The notes: generated by a model from the sequence alone, not told the origin. A stretch of 64,000 nt of DNA from the human T2T-CHM13v2.0 reference genome, Homo sapiens (GCF_009914755.1 NC_060930.1); one strand, 5' to 3'; shown: positions 1-13,644, counted from the first letter of the stretch. Made by a program: numbers and translations.

Positions 1-325
1 CTTCACTTAGATTAGATTACACTTCATTGTTTAACCCTTTATAGTTCCCAGAACTTAACTCAATATAAGATTTACCTTTAAGCTCATTTTGATGCACATG
101 ACCAAGATATTCTTTATTTTTTGTTCTATTTTGAAGTTTACGTGAAATAAATATCTAAATACATTAATGTGAGAAATAAAATGTGTGGTACATTTCAAAT
201 GTAGTCTTATCTCATGTATTGATCATTTCTGTATTCATTTTCATCATTACAATAATGAAAGTTTTAAATATGATCTTGATGTCTGGTAAAATATTAACAG
301 CTTTTTATTTTATATCATATTTAAG

Positions 326-440
326 TCTCACAACAGCTTTGTGAAGTATTATTACTATCTTCATCCTACTTCTGAGGAAACTGAGGCTCAGACAGGCAAA
401 GTAAACAGCTTTAGAGTACACAGCTGGTGAAGTAAAGGCT
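326..440 (-). mobile_element. MIR SINE fragment
   Basis: ctcacaacagctttgtgaagta...tgaggaaactgaggctcaga matches the reverse complement of the MIR core. Confidence 0.75.
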
Positions 441-448
441 GCTGTTCA

Positions 449-811
<363 letters not shown>

Positions 812-1084
812 TTATATTGCTTAGCAAAAATCTAAATAGCATAAACAATAAAACCATGTATTTATTGAGCAATTGATAGAAAAACAACACATTTTTCAAA
901 AATGAATGTTTAACCACTGACAAAAGTCAGGTACACTACATGGTACTCACAATTCCCATCTTTTCTTTTTTAAAGTGTCATAAAATAGGTTACATTTTTC
1001 AGAGACAAAATGTTGTCTCTTGTATCACTTTATTATTTGTGATATTTAAGTTCTTGGTCAAGATGTGATTACAACTTATAGCAC

Positions 1085-1548
1085 TTTTACAATTAGGTGC
1101 AACTGTACTTAACAGAAAATCACAAATGACATGGACTCACGCAACAGAAAATATCTCATGTAAATCAGTACTAAACTACACACTGCAGCATTAGTACAGC
1201 AGTTGCAGTCTAGATGGACTTATCATCTAACTGCTTTGCAGTCTTCAGAGTGCTCTTCATAATCTGATATGGCAATTCTAGTTGTACTCCTCACACATAT
1301 ATTTCATTCAGTAGGAATGTGTTCAGACCAAAGAAGAGTATGAATCTTTATATAAGGGCATTTCTTACAAATAAGCATGAAACTTCCGCATGCAACTCCC
1401 ATAACCCATGAACATGAGTTTAAGTAGCTGCAAGGGAAGCTGGGGAGTTGTACTGTTTATTTGAGACAACTATGTGTTCAGCTAAAAATCTTGTGTTCTA
1501 TTATTAAAGAAAAAGGAAACAATGGATATTTAAGTTCACAACTAGTTG
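1085..1548 (-). mobile_element. Old MaLR LTR (MLT1I/J/K-like)
   Basis: agctgcaagggaagctggggagttgta...tatgtgttcagctaaaaat...ttctattattaaagaa...aatggatatt resembles the reverse complement of the MLT1 5' end; left boundary approximate. Confidence 0.55.
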
Positions 1549-4021
1549 GCTTTTTTAAAAGCAAACTTTAACTAATATAAAGTTTTCCATTTAAAAATGT
1601 GATTTCAGGTTTCATTTAATATATTTATATTTCAACCTGCCACAGTGTAGCCAATGAAATTATTACAGAAACTTAGTTCTGAAAATTAATGTCCCTGCCA
1701 CTATAAGAACTCTAAATTTTCTGATATAAAGATCAAATGTAATACAAATATAAGTTTGTTAGGTGATTATTCAATACCTTTGCTATCTTTTTCTTGACTG
1801 CCTATGCAGTGTGTCATGATTATTTGTTTACATATAATATTTTACTTGAACCACATTATCAATGTTTCTACCCAATTTGCATCAGAGAAAGAGGATGTTT
1901 TACATAATCTCATACCACTAGCATAAATTTATATACTAAAGAGAAAGCCATTTGTAGCTAAAATGGTTTATTTTGTACTGTATTACAAGACAGAAAAGCA
2001 AAAATGTGTCAATAGCTTCTAAAATTTACTGAAAAGGTCTAACGTAACAAGGGTTAAAAAGTTTGTCTTGCAGATCTGTGTTTGTATTTACTTCTTACAT
2101 AATCTACAAGAAATGCAGACTTGGCTCTTCTGAGGTAAGACTCAACTAGAGTTGAACAATCCATTTACCCCATCACAGGACTGGAGCCCATCTTCCCTTC
2201 ATGGAGTCTGCCAGTTGGAACTTCATTTATTTATGTCTGAACTTCTGTTCCAGGTCATGATGCTCAGAGAATCAAGAGGCAAAATTATATCTTCATGGTA
2301 GAGAAATTCATTCCAGAGAGCAAGAGAGCAAGGTTTCAGTCTGAACACAACAGACTGAAAAATATTGAAAGGAGTACAGGCAGAAGGAAAGAGGAGTTGA
2401 AGGATCCTCATTAGTCAGAATGATTGGGATCATTAGAGGTAGTTCGTTCATGCAGAGCACCTCCTATCTTCAACCAGATGATTGTAATATGGCGATGTCT
2501 GCTTTCTACAATACAAGGCAGTCTCAATCTAAAGAGAGTTACAACGTTTCTGTCTGTCACACTGTACTAAACACTTAAAATCTACCTAACACTCGAGTTA
2601 AAAAAAATCAAGTATTCTCATTATAGATTTGTTGGTTTAGTCTGGCAGAGGCTAGTAAGATAGGATAGACTTGGTGACACTGCCATTAAGTGCTGGAATG
2701 ATATGGACTCCAGATGAGGCTAAATATATAATGTCCTTCTTCCTCTTCTCTGGAGTCATCAGCAGAAGACCATCACCAACACTATCAACGACAAGAAGAG
2801 AGGATCAGGAAAACTTCCTTAGTGAAATTGCAGTTCAGTGAGAATCACTGATGTGTTTTCAGAATGGTTTTTAGGGAAAACCATTAAAAAAAATTGTTCT
2901 AAAAAACCTGGTTGCATACAACTAATTTTACAATTTCTAAGTCAGCCTTGCCTGCTAATCATTGGTTTCTGTAAGGCCAGACCCTCTACGATGTTATAGT
3001 CTTGGCACAGCCACTCTTTGCCAAGATAAATATTCATAATCCAAGATAAATACTGGTGATTCTGCTTGTTAGTTGGTGTCTCATCAATGCTCTTGCTAAA
3101 CTGTAGCTTAATAGGGAATCATTTGTTCCCAAGAATTTATAAGCAATCTCAAAAGTGGCATTTTTACTGCCGTTTTATATGGTATAGTCCTGGCACTAGT
3201 AGTGAACTTCTTTCAGAGAATTATGTTGTGCAGAAAGATACTTTGAGGTGATATATAGTAATGCTATATTATTCCTTACACAGAGGTACATTGGGGACTC
3301 CAAGGAGTCTAATTATCTTACACTTGGAACCTCTATATGTATGTGTGTGCATTTGTATATGCATATGTGTGTGTAACATGTATACAGAAGATATAGATAT
3401 ATTCAGGTGACTAGATTAACCATTGCCCAGGCATGGCTCTTTAATCTTCTGCTGAATATATAATCTGAACCATGCTCAATTACATGTCTCCCATTTCATT
3501 TCCCATTATGAATCAAAATAATTTAAAATATATTACTATTCAAATAAATATTTTAAGGTCCAGTCCAAGTTTTTCTCATTTACAACTTCTCTTATTTAAG
3601 AAAAGTACTCCAATTGCAGACACAAATATATTAGAGGTATTAATTCACCAATGTAGTCATCTTTTTCTTGATTGTTAGTCTCCAATAACTATTAGTTTTT
3701 TATTATTTAGCTGTTTATTTATTTTTAAGACTGTCTAATCCTTTAGCAAACTTCTTTCTTTTGTTCTCTTTTTGCTCTCAAAATATTTTGTATTTTTTCA
3801 TATCATCTCATTCATGATTTCTACCTTTTCCTACTGACTATTGCAACGTGTAGACATTTGTACTTAATCCTCCTGCCTGAAATTCGATATTCACCTTTTA
3901 GATGTTTTCTCATATTTATTGTTTTACATTATTTATCAATAATCATAGCCTTTTTTCTGAGTTTCAGAACACTTTAAGATATTATCCCTGGCAGTTCCTG
4001 TTGACACTTAAAACTGTCAAG

Positions 4022-4219
4022 CAGCAATGTCCAATAGAAATTTCCATATAGGTGGAAATAGTATGTGTTTGTGTGGTTCAATATGGCACCCATTAGCAGA
4101 ATTTCGATACTAAGCACTTGAAATGTGCTAGTGTGACTGAGAAACTAAAGTTTTAGTTTTATTTTATTTAAATTTAAGTAGCCAGATGTAGCAAATAGCG
4201 ATTTTATTGGACTGTGCAG
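4022..4219 (+). mobile_element. MER3 (hAT-Charlie MITE)
   Basis: Termini cagcaatgtccaatagaa ... tattggactgtgcag; core agcacttgaaatgtgctagtgtgactgagaaact. Confidence 0.85.
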
Positions 4220-6644
4220 CTCTAATCTTCTATTTTCTTTCTCTTGAATTACTATTGCCATTAATGGCACACATGTTAATTATGTGAATGAATGAAAATA
4301 CTCTGCATTAGCTATATGTGTAATAATGCATGAACCACAAACCTCAGTTGGCAGCTCTATTCTACTTCTTTATATTCAGAATATGATCAAGTCTCGTGTT
4401 TATGATCTCCTTTTCCTTTTTTTCATTTTACCAACTTTCCGGCTCTTATTTTCTTTTACAACCATCTAAAATTGTTATAATTATTTATTTATTAGAGAGG
4501 AGCATACACTTAAAAACTAATACATGAAATAACTTCAACAAAATAATTTATTTCTGCAGATCTGTATTCATGCAATTCACAAGAGCAGAGGCCCCTTGAA
4601 TATTCAGCACTGTGTCTTCAAAGTCTGTCAAGAATGGTGCTAAAACTACAATAGATAATATAGTTATTGAAATAATAAATAAGTGAATAATTTAAGAGTG
4701 ATATAAACCACCCTTGTTGTAGGTTTCAATGTGAAATATTCACTTTTGGCTTTGCTTCTTGTGTGATGTACATCCCCCTCTCCCTCTACTCTTGATGAGT
4801 TTAAAAGATGTTCAGCTATTGCACTGCCTGCAGTTATTAAGGTCTTAAGGCTTGTTTGGACTTGATTTTGGACACCTCTATATTTTGAAAGGCATGACTA
4901 ATCATCTGTAAAGTATAACACACAGAGGAAACCTATGTTCTAACAAAGTTCTCTCTCTCTAAAAAATGGTAATTTTATGGTAATACTAAGTTCACTATTT
5001 ATTAGTCATTACGGACCAATCATTCTACTCCTATTGTTGTGCTACTTCATTCAGTGACTTTGTAGTTTTCACCTGATGAATCTTTGTTCAATATCACATA
5101 GCATATTAAATGGAATATCTAAGGTCTTGGCATATGTCTCTATGACCACAAAGCCTGAGATAACCTCCGATTTTTGAAATAAGTTTTTGCATCTTAAAAT
5201 GGGTGGGATTCATGAAAGTAGAGTTTGTTAGGCAGAAGTTATTAAGAATTGCAGCTCATGTGATGAGAATGACCTCAAGGGGGTGACTATTTTACTCTCT
5301 GGTGTTCTCTAGCTTCCTGGGGCTAGAAGAGAAGACACTGAATACCAGCAATTGACATGATGATCTTTGTTTCTAAAGGCACCACTAATAGGCAGTTTGT
5401 AATTCAGTCCTATATTCTTCTATAACAGTAACTATTATCCCATACAACTATCTTGAAAATATGAGTGTGTTATTATACACCTCTTATTCCTTTATAAGAA
5501 AGCAATAAGGAATAGAAAGTTACAGGATGAAAAGATACATTGAACATAGATATCTAATACACTTTATCTGTTTTCTTGTATGTATGCATGTGTGTATACC
5601 TGTGTATGGGGGAGAATATCAATGTTTTCAAGAATATCTAAACAAAGCAATTAACAGCATTAAAAAATTGAATCATTGATTTTTAAAAAATCAAGATATG
5701 GAGTACATAATTTAGGCAATTCTTTTTGACATTTTCCTATTAAATTAAATTTTTATTTTAAAATTAAATTCATAAACCATAATTCAGGATTTTTGATATG
5801 GTTCAGAATATTTAAATTACTTTATATTAATATTTAACTTTTCTATCCTCTTAGTAATATCAGAAAAACCACACAAGGAATAAGAAGTGTAATCTACACG
5901 AAAGCATTTCCAAGTAAATTGTAAAATGTGTGTATAGGCATGTGTGTGTGTGCATATGCAAGTGTGTGGGTGTGTTTGCTAGAGTACATTTTATGAGGGC
6001 ATTTACAGACATAATCATGAGCAAATGTGGGTTTTTTTTATAGCCAAGGCAAATGAAGCATGCCTTCAATTAGAAACTTCTGAAAATACACTGTGATAAC
6101 CTACTGAGAATGGAATTGCTTTTCTTCACAGCATCACACCCACCTCTTTTTAGAAGCCCATAGCATAGAGTATAAGTGTTGTAAGTGCAATATGCTCTCC
6201 TTGAATCATTTTAGTTCATTTAAATGCATTTAGTATTTCAATACCATTCCAAGATTATACATCTGATATCTCAAAAATATGCACATGCTGCTGTTAGTGT
6301 TCAGTATGTGGAATAAGTGAACCTCAACAGTATTAGAACCCATGTGTTATGTAAATGAGCATGTGAAACTTCAGATTATTAAGGCTTTTCTAAAACACCT
6401 GAAACATTGAAATCCCCAATTCCCTAATGTGTGATTATTCTGTTTTCAGCAGTTAAAGTTTAATTTTCTACTTCCTTAAGCAAAAAGTGAGAAAAAGCCA
6501 TTCCATACCTTATGTTAAAAGCAAAATAAACATATTCCCAAGAAAGAATGAGGCAAAGGTGTACCTGTATTTTAGGAATTGTTAGGAAACAAAATCAATA
6601 CCAAACCTTTACACTTAAACTCCTCCTTTTGGTGCTACAGTAAA

Positions 6645-6899
6645 TGGTATTTTAGAAAATTTTCAATATTCAATCTTTCATTATTAGCACATAGATATAA
6701 AATTGATTTTTTACATATTGATTTTGTATACTCCAACCTTACCAAGCTCATTTATTGGTTCTAGTGCTTTTCTGTTGTCTGACAGACTTACAGCAGTCTA
6801 CTCCCATTTTCTCTCTCCCATTTTTGTTGTACATTTAATATTTATGTATATTACAAACTCACAATCTATTGCTACTACCTTTGTTTTAGACAATCGGTA
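6645..6899 (-). mobile_element. Old L1M fragments
   Basis: aattgattttttacatattgattttgtata...tttattggttctagt is typical antisense L1 ORF2 sequence. Confidence 0.6.
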
Positions 6900-7327
6900 T
6901 TATATGCTTTGGATGTTTGTTCCCTCCAAATCTCATGTTGAAATGTGATCCCCAAAATTAGAGATGGGCCTGGTGGGAGGTGTTTGAGTCATAGGGGGGC
7001 ATCCCTCATGAATATCTTGGTGCTGTCCTCACAGCAGTGATTAAGTTCTGATTCTATTAGTTCACGCAAGAGTTGATTGTTTAAAAGTGATGGTTGTTTC
7101 ACCTCTTGCTCTCTCTTGCTTGCTCCCACTTCGCCGTGTGACATGCCTGCTCCCCCTTTGCCGTCTGCCACGAGTGAAAGCTTCCTGAGACTTCACCAGA
7201 AGCTAAGCAGATGCCAGCACCATGCTTCCTCTATAGTCTACAGAATTGTGAGCCAAATAATCCTCTCTTATTTATAAATTACTCAGAGTCATGTATTATT
7301 TTATAGCAACACAAATAGACTAATACA
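6900..7327 (+). mobile_element. MSTB-type MaLR solo LTR
   Basis: tatatgctttggatgtttgttccctccaaatctcatgttgaaatgtgatcccca ... gaagctaagcagatgccagcaccatgcttcct ... gactaataca. Confidence 0.9.
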
Positions 7328-7329
7328 TT

Positions 7330-7625
7330 TATCTTTTAGTGTGATTAAAGATAAGAGAAAAATAAAATTGACATTTTCCTTTATTCCATTTCTAGCTTTT
7401 TATTTCCTTTTGTAGATGCCTGTTTCTCATTTATATCATATTTCTTCTTCCTGAAGACTTTTCTTTAACATGTATTGAGATGTAGGTCTATTGTCAGTGA
7501 TTCTTCTCAATGTTTGATTACTTGAGAGAGTCTTTATTTTCTCTTTATTCTCGAAATATGTGTGTGTTGAGTAGAGAATAGTAATTTCAGTTTTATTTTT
7601 TGTTTTTGTTCCTTTTTTCACTTGT
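7330..7625 (-). mobile_element. L1M (L1MC/MD-like) ORF1-region fragment
   Basis: cttcctgaagacttttctttaacat...gtctttattttctctttattctcgaaa; the same element resumes after the ERV-L at 8771. Confidence 0.55.
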
Positions 7626-7644
7626 TTCTTTAAGCGTGTTAATA

Positions 7645-8312
7645 GTTCAGGAATTAAGTGGTGGCAATGACAGTGGCACTGCTCATTATCACCCCATTCA
7701 CCGACAAGCAAAATGTTTGCTTCCTGTTTTTATGACTTTATGATCTATTGGCCTAAGAGTAGGCTTCAGGAGGAGTGCTTTTACTGAGAGACACACAATG
7801 ATTTGATTGAATTGGAGGTTAAAACTTCCACCTGACCACTTTGGGATCCTCATGCCTCTGAATCAACAGGCAAAGAAGTGAGTTATGGTGTTGACTGGAG
7901 CGATTGATCTTAACTACCAAACATTAATTAAACTATTACTCCACAATGAAGGTAAGGAAGAATATGCCTGAATACAGGATATCCTTTAAGATGTGTCTTA
8001 ATGTTACCATTCCCTGTGATTAAAGTCAAGGAAAAACTACAGTAGCCAGGCAGGACTACTAAAGGCCCAGACCCTTCAGGCATGAAGGTTTGTGCCACCT
8101 TGCCAGGTAAAGAACCATGACAGCTGAGGGGCTTGCAAAAGGCAAGGGGAATACAAAATGGCTGATACAAGAGGCAATTAGTGCATTTTCAGTTCTATGC
8201 AGGATAGTTGTATCCAGTTAGGTCAAATTATGACCATGTTATTATTTATATTTGAAAATTAAGTATGGTTTAAGGAGATGCATATAGGTGCCAAAATGAC
8301 ATGAGATGAACT
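7645..8312 (+). pseudogene. ERV-L (HERV-L/MLT2-int) 3' internal fragment carrying a decayed dUTPase
   Basis: Frame from 7801 reads I*LNWRLKLPPDHFGILMPLNQQAKK*VMVLTGAIDLNYQ...LLLHNEGKEEY; after a frameshift ...PVIKVKEKLQ*PGRTTKGPDPSGMKV; directly abuts an MLT2 LTR. Confidence 0.85.
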
Positions 8313-8770
8313 TGTGATGGTTAATGTATAGTGTCAACATGACTGGGCTAAGGGATGCCCAGGTAGCTGACCACACATTATTTTGGGGTATATCTGTGAA
8401 GGTATTTCTGGTAGATATTAGCATTTGAATTGGTACACTGACTATAGAAAATTACCCTTATCAATGTGAATGGGCATCATCCAATTCACTGAGGGCCCAA
8501 ACAGAACAAGAGGTGGAGAAAGGGCAAATTTGCTTGAGCTGGGAGATTCATCTTCTCCCGCCCTCAGACATCATCTCTCCTGATTCTTGGGCCTCTAGGC
8601 TTGGCCTAGAAATATACCACTGTCTTTAATGCCCCCAGCTTGCAGAGGGCAGATAGTGGGAGTTTTTAACCTTATACCCAAGAGGCCAATCCCTCAGAAT
8701 ACATCTTTTTCCATTTATCTACACATATATCCTACTAGTTCTGTTTCTCTGAAGAACCCTGGTTAATACA
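8313..8770 (+). mobile_element. MLT2B-type LTR (3' LTR of the ERV-L fragment)
   Basis: tgtgatggttaat...gtgtcaacatgactgggctaagggatgccca ... ttctgtttctctgaagaaccctggttaataca. Confidence 0.9.
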
Positions 8771-9014
8771 AGTAGAGGATATTGGTTTGGCAGTTTTGCT
8801 ATTTTTTTTTCTTTCATCACCTTAAAAATGTCACTCCCTCTTGTTCTGGTTTGGATAATTTCTGATCAAAAGTCCACCTTATTTCTTCCATTTGTTCACC
8901 TGTATGTAATGAATATATTTTTGTCTGGCCACAATGAAGTCTTTCTCTTTGTCTTCCATTTAAGGCGGTTTTAATATAATATGACTCTCTCTTTCTCTCC
9001 CTCTCTCTCTCTGT

Positions 9015-9054
<40 letters not shown>

Positions 9055-9900
9055 TTGTGCTTGTTTTTGACATTCTGTTTGATATTTTCTGAGTTTCTTA
9101 ATAGGAGTCTGTCATTAATTTAGGGGAAAAGTTGACACTACTTTTTCAAATATTTCACTACCCCGTTCTGTCTGTCGTCTTTTAGCATTCCAAACTACAC
9201 AGATGTTAGACCTGTCTCTCTGTTCTTAGATACTCTGTTTTTTTCTTTTTTTCCTCCTATTTTTTTCTTTCTTGTTTTGATGAAATTTTGTTCTTAAGAC
9301 AGTCACTCTGTCTCTGTGTTTTGTGGGCAAGTTAAGGTTTACACCAAGACTTATTTCTTCTATCTTAATTTTCCCCAGAAACCATATGTTTTCACAAATA
9401 TTCTAAGAGTACCAGCATTGGTTGCTCTTCCACAAGTGATTTAAGGTTTTTCTTCCATATGAGAGACAGTAGGAAGTATCCAGGCAGGGTTCCTTGTGTT
9501 TTTGTTCGGTGGCTTCTGTCCCATCCTTCCAGGCCTGGGCAACCAGGTATGTTTCTCAATGCTTTCACCTTGCTCCCAATCTTTATAGGAGCACACATTA
9601 TGTCCATGTGAATGAGCCCATAAGTGGATGCTAATACCCTTTGTGCCTGTGCCTCCCAGTGATTCCATATTTTCTTACTAGACATGGCCTTTGGCAATAT
9701 GTTAATATTTTAAGCTGAATTATTTTAACCAGGGGCCAATGTTATCTGCTTCAGATAAATAAGTGCTCAGATAATTCATAGCTCTGTGACCTCAACCCTC
9801 TTACAGATTTAAGAAAACTTGTGAATTTTCAGACAGTTTATAGGATTTGTAGCTCTGAGAGTAGAAGTGATACTATTTTTGGCTTTCCATATTATAATCA
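8771..9900 (-). mobile_element. L1M (L1MC/MD-like) ORF1 and 5' region fragments
   Basis: ctttcatcaccttaaaaatgtcact...tttctgatcaaaagtc and ctgtgacctcaaccctcttacagatttaagaaaacttgtgaattttcag; heavily decayed. Confidence 0.45.
8985..9052. repeat. Compound microsatellite: imperfect (CT)n then (GT)17
   Basis: Read directly; GT run 9019-9052. Confidence 0.95.
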
Positions 9901-10054
9901 TAAGCCAAAATTCATATGAAAAATCATGTGTATTTTCATGAAAATGAGACAGTGATCAACATTACCAAAATGAAAAGAAAACATATTTTGGCACTAAAGC
10001 TAAAAGGTATTGGAATCTGCATATTGGACTTTTCTACTTAATCAGTATAGATGG

Positions 10055-10678
10055 TGGGATGGGTAAGTTTATGTGTTAACTTGACTAGCCTAAGGGATGT
10101 CCAGATAGATGGTAAAAAATATTTTTAGATGTGTCCATGAGAGTGTTTTTAGAAAAGATTAACATTTAACTGATAGACTGAGTAGAGAAGATCACACTCA
10201 CCAATGTGTTTGAGCATCATCCAATCTGTTGAGGACCTGAAAAAGCATAAAACAGCAGAGGAAGGGCAAATTCTCTTTCTCTCTCTGTTTTGAGCTAGGA
10301 CATCCAACTTTTTCTGCCCTCAGACATCAGAATTCTTCGTTCTCAGACTTTTAGACTCTGAGATTGACACCACTGTGCTTTCCAAGCCCCCAGGACTAGC
10401 ATTTGGCCCTGGGCTCAGATACCACTGCCCTCTCCAACCCCCAGGACTGGCCTTTGGCCCTAGGCTGAGAATTACACTGTTGGCTCCTCTGGTTCTTAGG
10501 CCTTAGGACTCAGACTGAATTACACAATCGCTTTCCCGGTTATCCTACTTGTAGATAGCATATTGTGGGACTTCTCCTCCTTCACAATCACATGAGCCAG
10601 TTCTAATAATAAATCTTATCTGATATATCTGTCCATATATTATTGGTTCTGTTTCTCTGGAGAACCCGGGCTAATACA
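10055..10678 (+). mobile_element. MLT2B/C-type solo LTR
   Basis: tgggatgggtaagtttatgtgttaacttgact ... ctggagaacccgggctaataca; perfect 5-bp TSD GATGG at 10050-10054 and 10679-10683. Confidence 0.92.
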
Positions 10679-11723
10679 GATGGCAATATGTAATTATGTG
10701 ATAAATAACATTTTGACATCAGCTTGGATTCTTAAAATATTTTATTTTCCACTTAATAAAATTCAGTTACCTTTTTGGCTTGCTTTCATTTTGCTTAATA
10801 ATTGCTATTTCATATGTTATTGTTATTCTTAAATTAAAATTATTATTTTTAGTCTTGGTCATTTCTCACTCAAGTTTCAATTGCAGAAGTTATGCCTGTG
10901 GCCACCTTTCTCAAATTAATACAGTAATTGTCACTGAGATATTTTCCTTCCTTCTTAGGGATCTATATTTGATTGGTCTACATATTCTAGATCTTACATA
11001 CTTTAGCTTTAGTGCCAAAATATATTTTATTTTCATTTTGGTAATGTTCATTACTGTCTCATTTTCATGACAATTCACATGAGATTGTCAAATTTAAACT
11101 GGCATTCTGTGTCATAACAAAGTTCAGATTTTAAACAAAATTCATTTTGATTATATAGTCTCTTCCCAACTTGACTTTTAGCATAACAGAATCAAGAATA
11201 ACATTTAGATGTCAGTACGTTTAAATAATATTATAAACGATCTTAAGTTCTTTAATTGACAGAATAAAGCGAATAACAAAATTATACCTATAATGAGATA
11301 TTGTTTTTTAAAAAACTTGGAGTTGAAAATATTATCTATTTAGTTATTTTATAAAATTCCTTAAAATTCCTAATAATTACTATTAGGTGATCTACATGTA
11401 TTATGTTGTCAGTGAGCTGAGGACAATGACTTCCATTCTATACAAGGCCTATCCTAAACTAATCTAATGCTTAGTACTATAAGACACCTGAAATTTAATA
11501 TTCATTAAAATTTCAATATATTTAAAACTATTTAACATATTTTTTCTATTTTTTGTATTCTTAACACACTTTGTGCCATAGGTAATAAATATACTTCATA
11601 CTTGTGAATATATAACAAAATGCTACTTGATTCATTATTTATGGATTCATTGATCATAAGTTATAGTGTCACTTTAAAAAATATGTATATATACACACAC
11701 ACTGTGGGTTTTTTTGTTTTGAT

Positions 11724-11912
11724 GATCAGAGCTCACTGCAGCCTCAAACTCCCGGGCTCAAAGGATCCTCCCATTTCAGCATCCCAAGTAGCTAGGACTA
11801 TAGGCACATGCCACCACATGCCTGGCTAACGGTTTTATTTTTTGTAGAAACAGGATCTCACTATGTTGTCTAGGCTGGTCTTGAACTCCTGACTTCAAGT
11901 GGTCTTTCTGCT
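11724..11912 (-). mobile_element. AluJ fragment, truncated at both ends
   Basis: gctcactgcagcctcaaactcccgggctcaa...ctcactatgttgtctaggctggtcttgaactcctg (J-type diagnostics). Confidence 0.9.
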
Positions 11913-12104
11913 ATGTTAAGGTCATGTTAAATGCTTCTGTTGTTATATACTATTTATTATTTCTGATTATGGTTTGTGTTTATCATATTAATTGATCTCT
12001 TTATCAGTGGAGCTATAGCTTCAATAAATTTAATAATTTTATATCAATGCATAATTCCAGTGTGCCTATGTATTACCCAAGATTTTGTCTTGCCTTAAAC
12101 TTTT

Positions 12105-12900
12105 TTTGAAACTTTTACTTTTGATATAATTTTACACTTGCAATTTGGAGGAATATACAAAGAACTTTATATTCTTCCTCATATTTATCTACTGTTGCCA
12201 TTTTTCTTATTTATTACTTCCTCACTCAGATTCTTTTACTCCATATACATACATAGTTTAATTTCTTGTTTTTGCTAAATAATTTGTGAGTAATTTGACA
12301 TTGTAACACTTTATTTAAGTACTTCCATTACTAACTAATCATCAACTTATATTCAAATATTGTTCATTGTTTTAATAATATTCTCCATAGCTTTTAAAAT
12401 TTCTGGTCCATGATTTAAACCAGAAATATATATTACAGTTACTCATCAAGAGTTTTAACATGGGAGGTCATGGTGGCTCACGACTGTTTTCCCAGCACTT
12501 TGGGAAGCCAAGGTGGGTGGATCACCTGAGGTCAAGGATTTGAGACATGCCTGGCCAACATGGAAAAACCCTGTCTCTACTAAAAATACAAAAAAAAAAA
12601 AAAATTAGCCAGGTGGGCTGACATGTGCCTGTAATCCCAGCTACTTGGGAGACTGAGGCACAAGAATGCTTGAGCCCTGGAGGCCGAGGTTGCCGTGAGC
12701 CGAGATCGCCCACTGCACTCCAACCTGGGCAAAAGAGTGAGGCTCCGTCTCAAAAAAAAAAAAAAAAAAAAGCGTCTTAATGTTTTCTTTATTTAGAAAT
12801 GGTTTCTCAGCCCCTATTTGACATTCATGATCTTTATAGTTTTGAGGAGCTCACGCAAGGTAGTGTTTTAATGTTGCAATATTTATTATTATATGTTTTT
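12105..12900 (-). mobile_element. L1MC/ME 3' fragment interrupted by an Alu
   Basis: aacttttacttttgatataattttacactt ... atcaacttatattcaaatattgttcattgttttaataata. Confidence 0.5.
12462..12771 (+). mobile_element. AluS (Sx/Sq-like), full length, expanded middle A-run
   Basis: Dimeric Alu with A20 tail; degenerate TSD aagagttttaa / aagcgtcttaa. Confidence 0.96.
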
Positions 12901-13094
12901 GTATTAATAATGTTTCTTTCAGATTTTAAATATTTTATAAGCCTTTAGAAAGCACCTAGACATCAGATATTATGCCAGTAATGTTAAAGGTATTTAAAAC
13001 AAAAATCCTAGGGAAAATACCAAGCTTATTTATTCATTAGGTAAACAAATCCTTAACACATGACTATATCACTTTAATTTTCATAAAAAGTTTT

Positions 13095-13345
13095 ATTCTC
13101 CTGTTTTAAGTATAATTGTCTTAAGTGTTTCTTCTACCTACATTGAGCACTACATCAGATGATGTAATAATTTTTGCTTCAACCATCAAATGTGATATAA
13201 AAAAAACTCATGAGATGAAGGATATTTTGTTGTTCTTTCATTTTTTAACCCATCTTATTCTTTTCTTTTCTGAAGTTCCAAGCCTTCTTCTATCATTTCC
13301 TCTCTGTTAAGAGAAATCTTTCACCTATTCTTCAAGACAAGCTAC
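13095..13345 (-). mobile_element. L1MC-like fragment (host of the nested inserts)
   Basis: ataatttttgcttcaaccatcaaatgtga...ctatcatttcctctctgttaagagaa; resumes at 14040 with gtttgctagcaacaaa. Confidence 0.55.
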
Positions 13346-13350
13346 GTTAA

Positions 13351-13644
13351 AGTAAGTTAACGCAGGAACAGAAAACCAAATATGGCAAGTTTTCACTTGT
13401 ATGTGAGAGCTAAATAATGAGAACACAAGGACCCATAGAGGGGAACAACACACACTGGGGCCTATCAAAGGATGGAGGGTAGGGGGAGGGAAAGGGAGAA
13501 GGGAGCGGATCAGGAAAAATAACTAATGGGTACCAGGCTTACCATGAATGATGAAATAATCTGTACAACAAACCCCCATGAGACAAGTTTACCTATGCAA
13601 CAAACTTGCACATGTACCCCTGAACTTAAAAGCTTTAAAAAAAA
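13351..13644 (+). mobile_element. L1PA13-16-type 3' end
   Basis: aacgcaggaacagaaaaccaaata...ggatcaggaaaaataactaatgggtac...cacatgtacccctgaacttaaaa plus A tail. Confidence 0.9.

Noticed and set aside
10360-10530. Tandem ~50-bp repeats (ccccaggact...tttggccct)
   Set aside because: Internal repeats typical of MLT2B/C LTRs.
8313-10678. Two same-orientation MLT2 LTRs as ends of one provirus
   Set aside because: The second LTR has its own perfect GATGG TSD, the first is attached to internal sequence on its left, and the DNA between them is L1-like.
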